64,000 nucleotides of DNA from Dictyostelium discoideum. Its lineage: Eukaryota. The stretch spans positions 4,416,001-4,480,000 of the forward strand of contig CM000152.2 of assembly GCA_000004695.1 (NCBI GenBank), in the 5' to 3' direction. This document shows, in pieces, positions 13,232-26,059 of the stretch. Positions within the stretch are counted from its first letter, which is position 1. Each line of letters opens with the position of its first letter. The notes beneath the pieces are model-generated. The model saw only the letters and a program-made list of their open reading frames with translations. It searched no databases and was not told the DNA's origin. Both the position numbers and the translations under genes were made by a program.

Positions 13232-14227
13232 ATGTACTCAGAAGATCCAGAAATTCCTATGAATCAAGAACCATTTAATAACAGTAATAATGTATCATTT
13301 AATAATTTTAATAATTTTATGAATGTAAGTTATTTGTTTTGTTTTTTTTTTTTTAATTACATTTTATATGTGTATATTAATAATATAATTTTATTTTTTT
13401 GTTTTATTATTTTTATTATTTTAGCCAAATGAAGAGGAACCAACAGAAGAGAAAACAGTTGCACCAAGAACAGTACATATTGGTAATTTAGAACATAATT
13501 ATAAACATGGTTATGGTAAGAATGAGATTGCAACCTCTAGATACTCTAGCATTAGTCGTATACCGCGTATCATTGTATCACAATTGATTCGTTTAATCAA
13601 TGTTTACTTTATAATCATCATAGTTTTATCTTTTATTGATGGTGTAAGTCCAACTGGTAAATTTACAACATTAGGTCCTTGGTTAATTACAATTACAATT
13701 TCAGTTTTAAGAGAAATTATTGAAGATTTAGTAAGTGTGGTGGTGTTGTTTGTTTGTTTGTTTGTTTATTATTAATAATAATAAATAATAATTATATTAA
13801 TATATTTTTAATATTTTATTTAATATAGAAAAGACAAAAACAAGATGAAGCAGTAAATTATGGTACATCAGAAGTATTTAGAAATGGACAATTTGTTCAA
13901 ACATTATGGAAAGATATTAGAGTTGGTGATATTGTTAAAGTACGTAATAGACAATATTTTCCAGCTGATATTTATATATTTTCAACTAGTGAACCAGAGA
14001 ATGTTTGTTGGTTCGAATCAAAGAATTTAGATGGCGAAACCAATTTAAAACAAAGACAAGCCACAAAAGAAACAATTTATCTAAAAGATAATGCTGAATT
14101 ACTTTCAAATTTTTGTGGTTTAATTGAATGTAATTCACCAACTAAAGATTTACTACATCTTAAAGGTTCTTTCTTTTTTGATGATAATTATGTAATTTTA
14201 ACACCAAAACAATTATTATTAAGAGTA

Positions 14228-14323
<96 letters not shown>

Positions 14324-17300
14324 TATAATTTATAATATATTTTTATTTATAATTATTTATTAATATAATATATCTATTTATAATTATTTATTTATTTATT
14401 TATTTATTTTAAAAGGGTACAAAATTAAGAAATACAGAGTGGATTAATGGTGTTGTAATGTATACTGGTATTGATACAAAATTAATGCAAAATACAGAAA
14501 AAGTTAAAGAAAAGAAAAGTCATATTGAAGATTTGACTAATCATTTTATAATATTCATATTTTTTTTACAAATTTTATTATGTGGTGGTAGTGCAATTGC
14601 AAATGGTGTTTGGAGTACAAGTAATCACGATGTTTGGTATTTATTATTTACAGCAACTGGTATAGTGGAGGGTGGTAAATCATTTTTAACATTCTTGGTA
14701 CTCTATAATAATATTATACCAATTTCATTCTATGCTACAATTGAAGTGGTAAGATTCATTCAAACCTGCTTCATTAATAATGATGTTGAAATGTATCATG
14801 AAGAAACTGATACACCAGCACTTGTAAAAACTGCAAATTTAAATGAGGAATTAGGTCAAATTGAATATGTTTTCACTGATAAAACTGGTACTTTAACTCA
14901 AAATGCAATGACTTTTAAAAAATGTTCAATTGGTGGTTATGTTTATGGTGATAATTCAAGTACAAATACAAATAGTAACAATAATAATTATGATGATAGT
15001 AATGGTGGTGCAAGTGGTAGTGGTAATGGTAATGAAATTAGATCAAATGAAATGATGTCATTAGAAATACCAATTTCACCAACTTATCATACTGGTATTA
15101 CAAATTATGATTTAAATAATAATAATAATAATAATAATAGTAATAATGGTAATGGTAATGGTGCTGGTTCATCATCATCATCAAATTCAAATTCAAATTA
15201 TACAAAACAATTAATACCATTTGTTGATTTAAATGATGATAAATTATTAGAAGATTTACACGCAAAGAATGAACAATCAAGATTGATTGAAGAATTTTTC
15301 TATGTTTTATCAATTTGTCATAGTGTTATACCATTACAAGAGGATGGTAAAGTTAGTTATATTGCAACATCACCCGATGAGAATGCATTGGTATTTGCTG
15401 CTAAATCATTTGGATTCGAATTCATACACAAGACAACCAAAGCGGTCTATTTAAAAAAGAATGGTGTCGAAGATTTGAAATTTGAGTTATTGAATGTTTT
15501 AGACTTTTCATCGGAACGTAAGAGAATGAGTGTCATTGTCAAGACGCCAACTGGTAGGATCATGTTATATTGTAAAGGTGCGGATTCAGTGATCTTTGAT
15601 AAATTGGCACCCAATCAACCAAATGCCGATACTTCAATTACTCACATTCAAGATTTTGGTTACCAAGGTTTAAGAACACTTTGTGTGGCCTCCACTCAAT
15701 TGGATGAACGTGTCTATCAACAATGGGCACAACAATATCATGCGGCTTGTTCATTAACCATTGGTTTGGATGTACCTTCACAATTGGAGAAAGATAAAGA
15801 GATTGAACGTGTTGCTGAATTGATTGAAACCGATTTCCAATTGTTGGGTGTAACCGGTGTTGAAGATAAACTTCAAGAGGGTGTACCTGAAACCATTCAA
15901 TTACTAACTGAAGCCGGTATTAAAATGTGGATGTTGACTGGTGATGGTCAAGAGAATGCTATCAACATTGGTTATAGTTCAGGTTTAATGAATGAAAATT
16001 ATGAAATGATCATTATCAATGAACGTACAAAAGAGAATGCAATTCAAGAATTAAATAGACATGTTGGTGAACAAATTATACTTCAACAGGAGAATAATAA
16101 CAATAATAATGATGGTAATGATTCAAATAACAACAATGGTGGTGATGATGATGATGGATCAATTACAAGAAATGAAGAAAGAAATAAATTGGTATTGGTT
16201 ATTGATGGTGGTACATTAAAGTTTGTATTGGATGATGCAGTTGGTTTTACATTCCTTAGATTGGCTAAAATGTGTGATACTGTTATATGTTGTCGTGTTT
16301 CAGCACATCAAAAATCAAAGATTGTTAAATTGGTACGTAAAACATTTGCTCCAAAAACTTTGGCAATCGGTGATGGTGCCAATGATGTAATGATGATTCA
16401 ATGTGCTCATGTTGGTATTGGTATCAATGGAAAGGAGGGTAATCAAGCCATTTATGCAGCAGACTATTCAATCTCTCAATTTCAACATCTTGGTCGTTTA
16501 TTGATGGTGCATGGTCATCATAGTTATCGTAGAATGTCAAAACTCATTTGTTATATCTTTTATAAAAACATTGTACTATACTTTTGCCAATTTTTATTTG
16601 CCATTTTCTCTGGTTGGTCAGGTCAAACATTATTTGAAACTTATAATCTAACAGCCTACAGTGTAGTTTACACTCTCATACCATTGATCGTCTATTGTGT
16701 CTTGGAAAAGGATGTCAACGAGCGTACAATCTATCAACATCCTCAACTTTACAAAGAAGGTATTCAACATAAATATTTCAATCATTTCACTTTTCTACAA
16801 TGGATTGCCAATGGATTCTATCATGGTTTCGTGGCCTTCGCTTTGGTGTATTGTACAGTGGTAAAGAGTAATCCATTCACCAATGGTCAAACTCAAGAAC
16901 TTTACGCATTTGGTATCATTGTCTATAGTTGTGTCATGCTAATTGTCACCTTGAAATTGGCTTTGGAAACTCATCATTGGACTTGGATCAATCATTTGGC
17001 AATGTGGGGTAGTTTAGTGGTATTCTTCATTTGGAATGTAATTTATGCAACTATCAATACCACCGCCGTCGGTTCAAATGTTTACTACGCCATCTTCCAC
17101 ATTGGTGAATCGGCTCACTATTATCTACTCTTGGTTTTCGTACCAACTTTAGCCCTTTGGAGAGATTTCACTTGGAAATATGTTTATCGTACTTTCTTAC
17201 CTGATCAGTCTCATATCATTCAAGAAATTCAAAGAAAAAATAATAATAACGCTGCTAATAGCAAATTTAAAGATGATTTAGATATTAAATCTTATCGTCC

Positions 17301-17391
17301 TAATAATGTAAAAAGATCAACTTCCTCTTATTCAATTTCTCAAGAAGGTAGTAATTCAATACCTTTAAAAAATTTAAAAAATTCTAATTAA
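13232..17391 (+). CDS. P4-type ATPase (phospholipid-transporting flippase) of about 1257 aa. Exons: 13232..13324, 13425..13730, 13829..14224, 14416..17391.
   Basis: P4-ATPase signatures are present: ATSRYS…[100 protein letters not shown] and GDGANDVMMIQCAHVGIGI. All junctions have GTAAGT or GTAATT donors and TAG/AAG acceptors, with phase 0 throughout. Intron 3 contains an (ATT)n run of about 35 units. Confidence 0.9.
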
Positions 17392-17624
17392 TAATAATAA
17401 ATAAATCAATAAATGTATATATTTAATTTTAAAAAAAAAATCAAAATCAAAATCAAAAAATCAAAAAAATTGTGTGAATTTTTTTATTTTTTTTTTTATT
17501 TTTTATTTTTTTTTATTTTTTTTTTTTTTTCGTCAAATTTTTTTTTTTTGATTTGAAATTTTTTTTTTTTTTTCATTTTTGATTTTCATCATTTTTTTGA
17601 ATAACAAATACATATACAACAACA

Positions 17625-18218
17625 ATGGCTGATTCAGATGTTAAAAAAGTTACTAAAGGAGAAAAGAAGACTCGTGAAGCTATGAAAAAATTAGGTTTAG
17701 CTCCAGTCAGTGATATCTTCCGTGTTACCATTAAACAAAAAGAAGGTGTAAGTATTTTTTTTTTTTTTTTTTTTTTATTATTTTATATTTTAAGCAACAC
17801 AAAAAATATTAATAAAATTTTTTAAATAAATAAATATAAATGAAAATTATATATATAGGTCTTAGTTGTTGTTGCTGAACCAGAAGTTTATGCTTCCCCA
17901 TCAGGTGAAACCTACGTAGTTTTCGGTGACCACTCATTCGATGATATCGCCAGTCGTTTACAAAAAGCTGTCCCAAAGGCCAACGTTGATGACATCGTCA
18001 AAGCTGCCATGCCAGCACCAACTGCCGTCAAAGAATCTGAAGAATCAGAAGAAATCGTCGCTCAAGCCGTCGACAGCTTTGATTACAAAGGTGTCAACCC
18101 AAAGGATGTCGAAGTCGTCATGAAGGAAACTAAAGCCTCAAGAGAAAAAGTCGTTGAAACTTTAATTGCCACCAAAAACGATCTCGTCTCTGCTGTCTTA
18201 GAACTCACCACCAACTAA
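17625..18218 (+). CDS. Nascent polypeptide-associated complex alpha subunit (NAC-alpha), 160 aa. Exons: 17625..17747, 17859..18218.
   Basis: KKTREAMKKLGLAPVSDIFRVTIKQKEG, then a GTAAGT donor and a TATAG acceptor, then VLVVVAEPEVYASPSGETYVVFGDHSFDD. This is the NAC-A/B domain, followed by a C-terminal UBA-like tail (REKVVETLIATKNDLVSAVLELT). Codon usage is GC-rich (GTC/GCC/ACC), as in highly expressed genes. Confidence 0.9.
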
Positions 18219-18231
18219 ATAAATTTCTAAA

Positions 18232-18273
<42 letters not shown>

Positions 18274-18295
18274 ATCATTATTTTATTTATTTTTA

Positions 18296-18540
18296 TATTT
18301 AAAGATTTCATGTAATTTACAATGTAGCAGTATATCACCAAATGAAATATTTTATTACAGTGATCAAAACTTAAGTTCAAATGAAACTGATATTATAAAT
18401 AGTACTGATTGTTTATCATGCCATTCAAATTCATTTGTTAATGAAATATCAGGACTATTATATCCATCTCCAATTAGGCTCAACATCATTCCATTGTGAT
18501 GTTAAAATTGAAGAAATTAAATTATCATTAATTTACCACA
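18296..18540 (+). pseudogene. Duplicated fragment of about 240 bp copying the 3' end of the downstream Tgr-like gene (equivalent to 21766-21990).
   Basis: tttcatgtaatttacaatgtag…cagtgatcaaaacttaagttcaa…tcaggact…ctccaattaggctcaacatcat…gatgttaaaattgaa is about 90% identical to the C-terminal coding region of the gene at 19413..22134. Confidence 0.65.
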
Positions 18541-19412
18541 TTTTCTTTTTTTTTTACACACGAATAATATGGGGTGAATTTTTTATTATTTTTTGTAATT
18601 GTTTTTTTAATTATTATAAAAAATAATTAAATATTTAATAATCAAAATAAAAAAATAATTCTAAAAAAAGAATGAAAATAATTAAAATCTAGATAGTAGC
18701 TGTTAAATACCATGTTACCACCATTATCAGTAAGTACCCTCCATTTTAGTGAGAACCAGTAAATACGGGTAGGAAAAGTTTCTTTCAATGGGCTACATAT
18801 CGAGACTTCAATTATCCAATTATTTGGGGTTAAAAACTCTTCTCTTAGAATGTGCCCGAATAATGGGAAGCACCTAGTGTAATAAAATAAAAAAAAAAAA
18901 AAAAAAAATTAAATTCACACACCAAAAAAAAAAAAAAAAGATTAAATTTTAACCTTCCTAATAAAAAAATTTACAACAAAAATTATTTTTTATTTTTTAA
19001 AATGTGTTTCAACAAAAAAAACAACACCAACCCCTTACCCCTTTTCAAATTAATGGAACTCCGCAATCATGCTCATTCACCAGATAGAATCTATTTTTAG
19101 AATTTTCATTTTGTTTTTTTTTTTTTTCATTATTTTTATTTTTATTATTATATTTTCTTTTTTTATTTTTTTATTATTATTATATTATTTTATTATATTT
19201 TTTTTTGTTTTATTTTTAATTTTATTATTTCTTTATATTTTTAATTTAATTTTTATTCATTTTTTTTTCCATTTATTTATTAAAAATTGTTTTTATTATT
19301 AATTTTTTTTAGAAAATTTTTTTTTCCAGTTATTATTAAATTTCTCTTTTTTAATTTATTTTATAAAATTACTTATGTAGTCAAATTCAAAAAATAAGAA
19401 TTTTTGATAGAA

Positions 19413-22134
19413 ATGGAACAGAAAATAATAATTCTATTTTTATTTTTGTTCTCAATTTTTAAATTAGGATATTCAGTGAAACCATCACCAATTGGTAAGT
19501 TTCATTATATTTTTAATTATATAAATAATTAGTTTATGTAATTAATTTTTTTTTTTAGATGTAATATATGAAGATAAATCATTTACATTTATTTTTAATA
19601 GTAATCTCCCATATTTTACCCGTTTAATTTTATATCAAAACCAAACAACACCCAGAAATGAAATGGCACCAAATTATTTTGATTGTAGCCTAGTTGTTGC
19701 TAATAAGAGACATTGTTTATTCCATTCAGATGAGCCATTCTCAAGACTATGGGGTAGTATTTACAGTAAGATATGTGCAAGAAATGTATCAAGTCCAGTA
19801 GAGGATTGTTCATTAAGGGTTTCAGCTTTGGATTTTTATCCATTACCATCTAATTTGAAATATAGTAAAAAACCAAAAACGTCTGGGGAAGATATAATAA
19901 TTACTGGTTCATATTTAAGATTCATGGGTGGTCCTAATTTCCTTATAAATTCCTTTGATTTTGATAATCCTTTTATTGTTAAAGGTAATTTCTCTGATCC
20001 ATCTTTTGACTGTAATTATCTTACTGTAACTATTCCACCAGGATCTGGAAAGTGTGAATTGTACTATGATGAAACTGGTTTATTTTCTGTCCCATTTTCA
20101 TACGAATCACCTAAAATATCAAGTACTGTTTCTAACTTATCAAAACAAATATTAGTAATTAATGGTGATAACTTCTTTACAAATAAAAACTTGGTTAGGG
20201 TTTCTTTTGATGGTATTAATCAACCCAATTTTATTATTTCAGTAAATCATACACAAATTCAAGTGAATAACTTTAATAGAGTCGACCCTGGCCCAATGTC
20301 TGTTAATGTATCTGTCGATGGTATCTCAATTGAAAACAATTATATTCATTGTTCCCCAGCAATAATAACATCAATATCATCAGTATCAAATCATTTGGGT
20401 GGTACTGTAACAATTAAAGGTGAAAAATTATCTTCAACTTTAAATTCATCATTGACTCCATCGATTACAATTGGTGATAAAAAGTGTATATTTATTAGAT
20501 CAAAAATAACCGAATTGGAATGTCGATTGGATCCAAATGAATATGGTGGTAAGAGTTTATCAGTTGACGTTAATTTCGGTGGTTGTAGTTCAACAAGTCC
20601 TAATGGCGTATCATTTACATATAATTTTCCCACATTATCAAGTGGATCATATTCAAATGGTATCGTTACATTAATTGGTACAAATCTTGGTACAAATAAA
20701 GAATCACTCATTCAATTATATGGTAATGAAATAAACGATAATATAAGTATTGACCAATTTAATGTATCATCAGATGAAAAGACTTTATCATTTAAATTAC
20801 CTCTTTTAAGATGTAAATCATTTAATATTAAACTCACTCGTTCAAATATTTCCTCAAATACACTTTCAATTTCTGCATCATTAATAATAAATGTAATAAG
20901 TAGATCAACAGTATCAAATGGAACATTAAATATTGAAATATATTATATGGATTGTCAAGTAAGTTCATCACCAAGTATTACTGTTGGTAATTCATTTTCA
21001 CCCACACAATGTTCGATACCATTACAATCTTTAACATCTGGTTACTATGAAACAACATGTCCAACACCATATGGTACTGGTATTAACAAACAATTCTTAT
21101 TCAAATTAAACTCAGAGACAGTGAGTGATGAATTTTCATATGCTCTCCCAACAGTCCAGAATAGTAAAATTTCTCAAGGTAATATAACATTTCATGGTAA
21201 CAATTTCGGTAATTCAACATCATTAGTTCAAGTATATTTAAATGGTAGTGATATTACATCAGAAATTCTAGAATTGGAAGATCATCAATTTACTATTAAA
21301 AAATTGGATTCATTTGAAAATGGTCCAATTAATATTACTGTAGATGGCAATAATATGGAGTTATTATTTAATTTAAAATTACCACCTGTCATTTATGGTA
21401 TAACAAATAAAGATAATAAAGCAATTGCTTGTGGAGGTCTTATCACAATTTCTGGTAAAAATTTATTGACAAGTGACAATGAATTCAAAGTTAAGGTATT
21501 TGCAAATAAAAGAAATACTACAGTAATTGTTCAAGATGAAAAGATATTAATAGTTAGAGATGAAAGTAAAGAAAGCCCACTCTTTGTTTCAACATTGATT
21601 GGAGATGATTTAGGACCAAATGCAATATTGACATATTTAGAACCAAAGATTACAGTAATTCCACCTATTAAAATTAAAAAAGAAGGGATTTCAATAAGAG
21701 TGGGTGGCGTTAGTTTTCCAGGTATTTTTAATGCTGGCTTAGCACTTTCATCAGAAAATGTTTCTCTTTCATGTAATTTACAATGTAGTTTATCACCAAA
21801 TGAAATATTATATTACAGTGATCAAAACTTAAGTTCAAGTGAAACTGATATTACAGATAGTACTGATTGTTTATCTTGCCATTCAAATTCATCTGTTGAT
21901 GAAATATCAGGACTTTTATATCTCCAATTAGGCTCAACATCATTTAATTACGATGTTAAAATTGAAAAAGTTAAATTATCACTATCACCATCACCATCAA
22001 ACGGTTCTGAAAGAAATAGCAATTCATCCAAACTATCAGGTGGTGCAATTGCAGGTATTACAATTGGTTGTGTCGCTGCCGTTGGTCTCTTTGTTTTTCT
22101 CTTTGGTTTTGTCTTTATTAAAAAAGCTCGCTGA
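19413..22134 (+). CDS. Type I transmembrane glycoprotein with IPT/TIG-like repeats, resembling the Dictyostelium Tgr ('tiger') cell-surface family; about 879 aa. Exons: 19413..19494, 19559..22134.
   Basis: Exon 1 is a signal peptide ([28 protein letters not shown]), ends in phase 1 at a GTAAGT donor, and is followed by a TTTTTAG acceptor. The ectodomain has repeated IPT-like units ([45 protein letters not shown]) and many N-glycosylation sites. There is a single C-terminal TM helix ([27 protein letters not shown]) and a short basic tail (KKAR). Confidence 0.75.
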
Positions 22135-22380
22135 GGGGGAGAAAAAAGTAAGATTCATAGTTTTATGAGAAATTTTACTAGGTCAATTTCTCACGGGAAG
22201 ATAAAATAATATAAAAAGAAAATGTAAATTTCAAATCACAAATCACATATTGGTAAAATTAAAACTTAAAAAACTTAAAATAAAATAAATAAAGATAAAA
22301 TAAAATAAAAAATTTAATTTAACATATGTTTATTTATTTTATTTTATTTTTACCATATATATATACAAGGCATTCACTTA

Positions 22381-22398
22381 TTTATTTATTTATTTATT

Positions 22399-22429
<31 letters not shown>

Positions 22430-22432
22430 TTT
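22381..22432. repeat. (TTTA)n microsatellite.
   Basis: atttatttatttattt… is visible directly. Confidence 0.9.
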
Positions 22433-22756
22433 TTGAGTGAATTTGCAATCCAATCAGATCTTTCATATATACCATTTGATTTAATGGCACTGCATATTTA
22501 GTTGAATATACGATTTTCTATCTTTAATTGAATTTAAATTTAAAGAGTTTACAATTTCTGCGGTATTCATTGCATTGAAAATTTTTATGTTCAATAGTTC
22601 AACCCGGTGGTTGGAATGGTTGTAACAACATCACCCAATTTTAATTTATATACATGTATTGACTTTACCTACACAATAAAGTCCTATCATTAATATTCTT
22701 GTATCTTTTCTAACTTCAAATAGAATATCTAACGTTGAAAAAATATGATTACATTT

Positions 22757-22835
22757 TATTTTATTTATTTTATTTTATTTTATTTTATTCTATTTTATTT
22801 TATTTTATTTTATTTTATTTTATTTTATTTTAATT
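22757..22835. repeat. (TTTTA)n pentamer microsatellite of about 15 units.
   Basis: ttttattttattttatttta… is visible directly. Confidence 0.9.
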
Positions 22836-23594
22836 ATATTTATTAAATGAATTTATTTTATTTATTTTTATTAATTTGTTTTATTTTTTTATTTTATTTT
22901 TTTATTTTCTTTAATAACAAATGAATACACACAACTGGACCATGACCACCTGTTTGGGAAATGGTTTTGGTTTGGTTGAAGTTCTAAAAAATGAGTTGAT
23001 TTTATTGTATGAAATAAAAAAAAGAAAAGTGAAAAAACTTGGTATATATATATTTTTTTTGTTAATTTATTTTGATTATTTATATATTACATATATTAAA
23101 ATTTAAAAAAAAAAAAACTATTTTATAAAACATATATGATTGTTGTTGTTATTGGATGAGCATATTTTGGTCAAATGACAATTTTTTTTTTTATTTTATT
23201 TTATTTTTTTTATTTTTTTTTTTTTAATTATTTTTTTTTAATTTTTTTTTTTTAAATTAAAAAATTTTTTTTTTTAAAAAATTTTTTTTTTTTTTTTTTT
23301 TTAATAACCCCTGTGCCCATAGTAATAATAAAAAAAAAAAATAAAAAAAAGATTTGTTTGTTTTTTTTTTTTTTTTTAAAATAAAAAATAATAAATAATA
23401 ATAAATATACACTATATAATAAGAAACAATATAGTTTGTGTGTATACAATCTTCTGTAATAAATAATAATAACAATAATAATAATAAAAATAATAATAAC
23501 AATAATAATAAATTAAAAACTTTTTTGAAAAAAAAATAAAAAAAAAAATAAAAAAAAAATTAAAGTATGTTCATTATTTTTATTTAAAATACCA

Positions 23595-23625
<31 letters not shown>

Positions 23626-23742
23626 CTAATTCCTTAATTTAATAAATTTTTTTAATTTATTTTATTTTTAATTTTTTAATTTATTTTTAAAAAAAAAAAA
23701 CAAAATTTTTTTTTTTCTTTTTTTTTTTTAAATATTTTTAAA

Positions 23743-23773
<31 letters not shown>

Positions 23774-23810
23774 TAATAAAAATAATAATAAAATAAAAAT
23801 TTATAATAGA

Positions 23811-24920
23811 ATGGATAAATATTATCGTGTTCCAAGAACATATGATAATGATACAGAAGCAAATGAAGTTAGAATCGGAGGTGTACATAGTCAAGTTAGT
23901 TCATCAATTGAATATGGATTAAATTTATTTAACAAACCACATGATTCGATCATTGTTAAAGCAATTGGTAGTAAGATGATATCAAAAGCAATATTCACAG
24001 CAGAGATCATTAAACTTAGAGTACCAGGATTACATCAAATCACAGAGATAGGTACCACAGAGATCGTCACTCAATACATGCCAAAGGAAGAAGGTTTGGA
24101 TAAAGTTGAAATCTCAAAAAAGTCTGCCTTCATCAAAATTACTTTATCGAAAACACCATTGGATACAACTAATCCAGGTTATCAACCACCTCTTCCAGAA
24201 TCGGAAACTCAAAAGAAACCAACAAGACCAAGAGATTACTCACCACGTAGAACTAGAGGTGGATTTAGAGGTGGCAGTAGTGGTGGATTTAGAGGTGGTA
24301 GTGGTGGTGGATTTAGAGGTAGAGGTAGAGGTGGTGGTTTTAGAGGTAGTAGTTCTCATCCTTCAACAGCAACAGACAATACAGCAGCAACAACAACAAC
24401 AACTTCACCATCAACGTCTACTACATCACCAACAACAACGACAACAACAACAGCACCAGTTGAACAACAACAACAACAACAACAACAACAATATCAACCT
24501 TCAGATAGTGGATTCAGAGGTAGAGGTAGAGGTGGATTTAGAGGTCGTGGTAGAGGTAGAGGTGGATTTAGAGGTCGTGGAAGAGGTAGAGGTGGATTTA
24601 GAGGTCGTGGAAGAGGTAGAGGTGGATTTAGAGGTGGTTCACCATTAAATAGTAATTATCAAGAATCAGAATCATCTTCATCAACAACCAATACAACAAA
24701 TACTGCAACTACATCAGCAACAAATAATTCACCAAATCCAACAACAATAACAACAACAGAAGGTAATGATTTTAGACCAAGAAGAGGTAGAGGTGGATTT
24801 AGAGGTAGAGGTGGATTCAGAGGTCGTGGTGGAAATAGATCATCAAGTAATTCTCCTTCATCATCTCCAAATCCAACAACAACAACTACAACATCAACAA
24901 CTTCTCCTACTCCAAAATAA
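23811..24920 (+). CDS. Alba-domain protein of the Rpp25/Pop6-like family with long C-terminal RGG/FRGRG and poly-T/poly-Q low-complexity repeats; 369 aa, single exon.
   Basis: EVRIGGVHSQVSSSIEYGLNLF…IIVKAIGSKMISKAIFTAEIIKLRVPGLHQITEIGTTEIV…GLDKVEISKKSAFIKITLSK is the Alba fold with the conserved RVPGLHQ motif. It is followed by (GGFRG)/(RGRGRGGFRG)n repeats. Confidence 0.7.
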   Translation: MDKYYRVPRTYDNDTEANEVRIGGVHSQVSSSIEYGLNLFNKPHDSIIVKAIGSKMISKAIFTAEIIKLRVPGLHQITEIGTTEIVTQYMPKEEGLDKVEISKKSAFIKITLSKTPLDTTNPGYQPPLPESETQKKPTRPRDYSPRRTRGGFRGGSSGGFRGGSGGGFRGRGRGGGFRGSSSHPSTATDNTAATTTTTSPSTSTTSPTTTTTTTAPVEQQQQQQQQQYQPSDSGFRGRGRGGFRGRGRGRGGFRGRGRGRGGFRGRGRGRGGFRGGSPLNSNYQESESSSSTTNTTNTATTSATNNSPNPTTITTTEGNDFRPRRGRGGFRGRGGFRGRGGNRSSSNSPSSSPNPTTTTTTSTTSPTPK

Positions 24921-25505
24921 AAAATAAAAAAAACAAAAAAAAAAAAAAACAATGTTCAATATTAATCTACACACCCTTAAAAATTAAATAAATAAAAAAA
25001 AAAAAAAAATAAAAAAAAATAAAAAAAAAAAAAAATACATGAATATATTATTTGAAAAACAGATATAAAAACTCGTTTAAAAACATTTTATATCTTTATT
25101 TTTATAAATATTTAATTTTTTATTGGGTATTAAATTATTTGAAAATAATCATGTGTGAAATATTAGTAGATAAAAAAAAAAAAAAAAAATTGATATATGT
25201 TGTAGTTGTTTATTCGTCATTCCATATTAATAATTAAAAAATAAGGCTTATTGGGTAAAAATATATTTTTTTTAAAAAATCCCAGAAAAATGATGTGAGT
25301 ACAATTTTTTAAACTACTTGGATATCAATTATTTTTAATTTTTTGTATTCTTTAAAAATAATATAAAAAAAAAAAAAAAATAACACCAATAAATATATTT
25401 AATATAAATAATTAATTTGATACTTTAAATGAATACATTAAACTTGATCCCAACTTTTTTTTATTTTTTTTTTTTCTCACATATTATAAAAAACCTTTCC
25501 ACACC

Positions 25506-25546
<41 letters not shown>

Positions 25547-26026
25547 AATTTAATAACAATTATAAAATAAAGAATAAATATTATGATGTTGTAATAATAA
25601 TTATTTTTTTATTATTATTTTAATTTTTTTAAAAAAAGGGTTTTAAAAAAAAAATACTTAAAAATGTGTTATTACTTGTAAATTTTGTTAAATTCTTTGA
25701 ATCATATTTATTTTTTATTAAAATTGAGAAAAAAAACAGTTTAAAAATTCAGTATATCTCCCTATAACATCATATTTGTATTATTAATCATTGTTTTAAT
25801 TGACTCATCAAAATATATTATATCGCTACCCCCAAAAAAAAAACAAAAAAATAAAAAATAATTAAATTTAAAAATTGAATAAATAATTATTAAATCAAAA
25901 TTTATCGTCACGTTTTTTTTAACACACACATTCTCTCTAACACATTCTCACATTTTAACACACATACATAGATAGTTAATTTGATAGATACACACAAATT
26001 TAATATCACCATTTAATATCATCCAT

Positions 26027-26059
<33 letters not shown>

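Noticed and set aside
18711-18760. Apparent plus-strand mini-exon 'ATG TTA CCA CCA TTA TCA G' followed by gtaagtaccctccattttag.
   Set aside because: The putative intron would be only 20 nt, far below the Dictyostelium minimum. The downstream frame terminates immediately.
20391-20711. 106-aa minus-strand ORF antisense to the Tgr-like gene.
   Set aside because: It is fully embedded in a well-supported sense CDS, with no independent start context or homology.
24106-24952. Overlapping and antisense ORFs (24106..24648 plus, 24659..24952 minus) inside the Alba/RGG gene.
   Set aside because: They are generated by the RGG/poly-T/poly-Q repeat DNA read in alternative frames, with low complexity (poly-V, poly-L). 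The Alba-domain frame is the coherent one.
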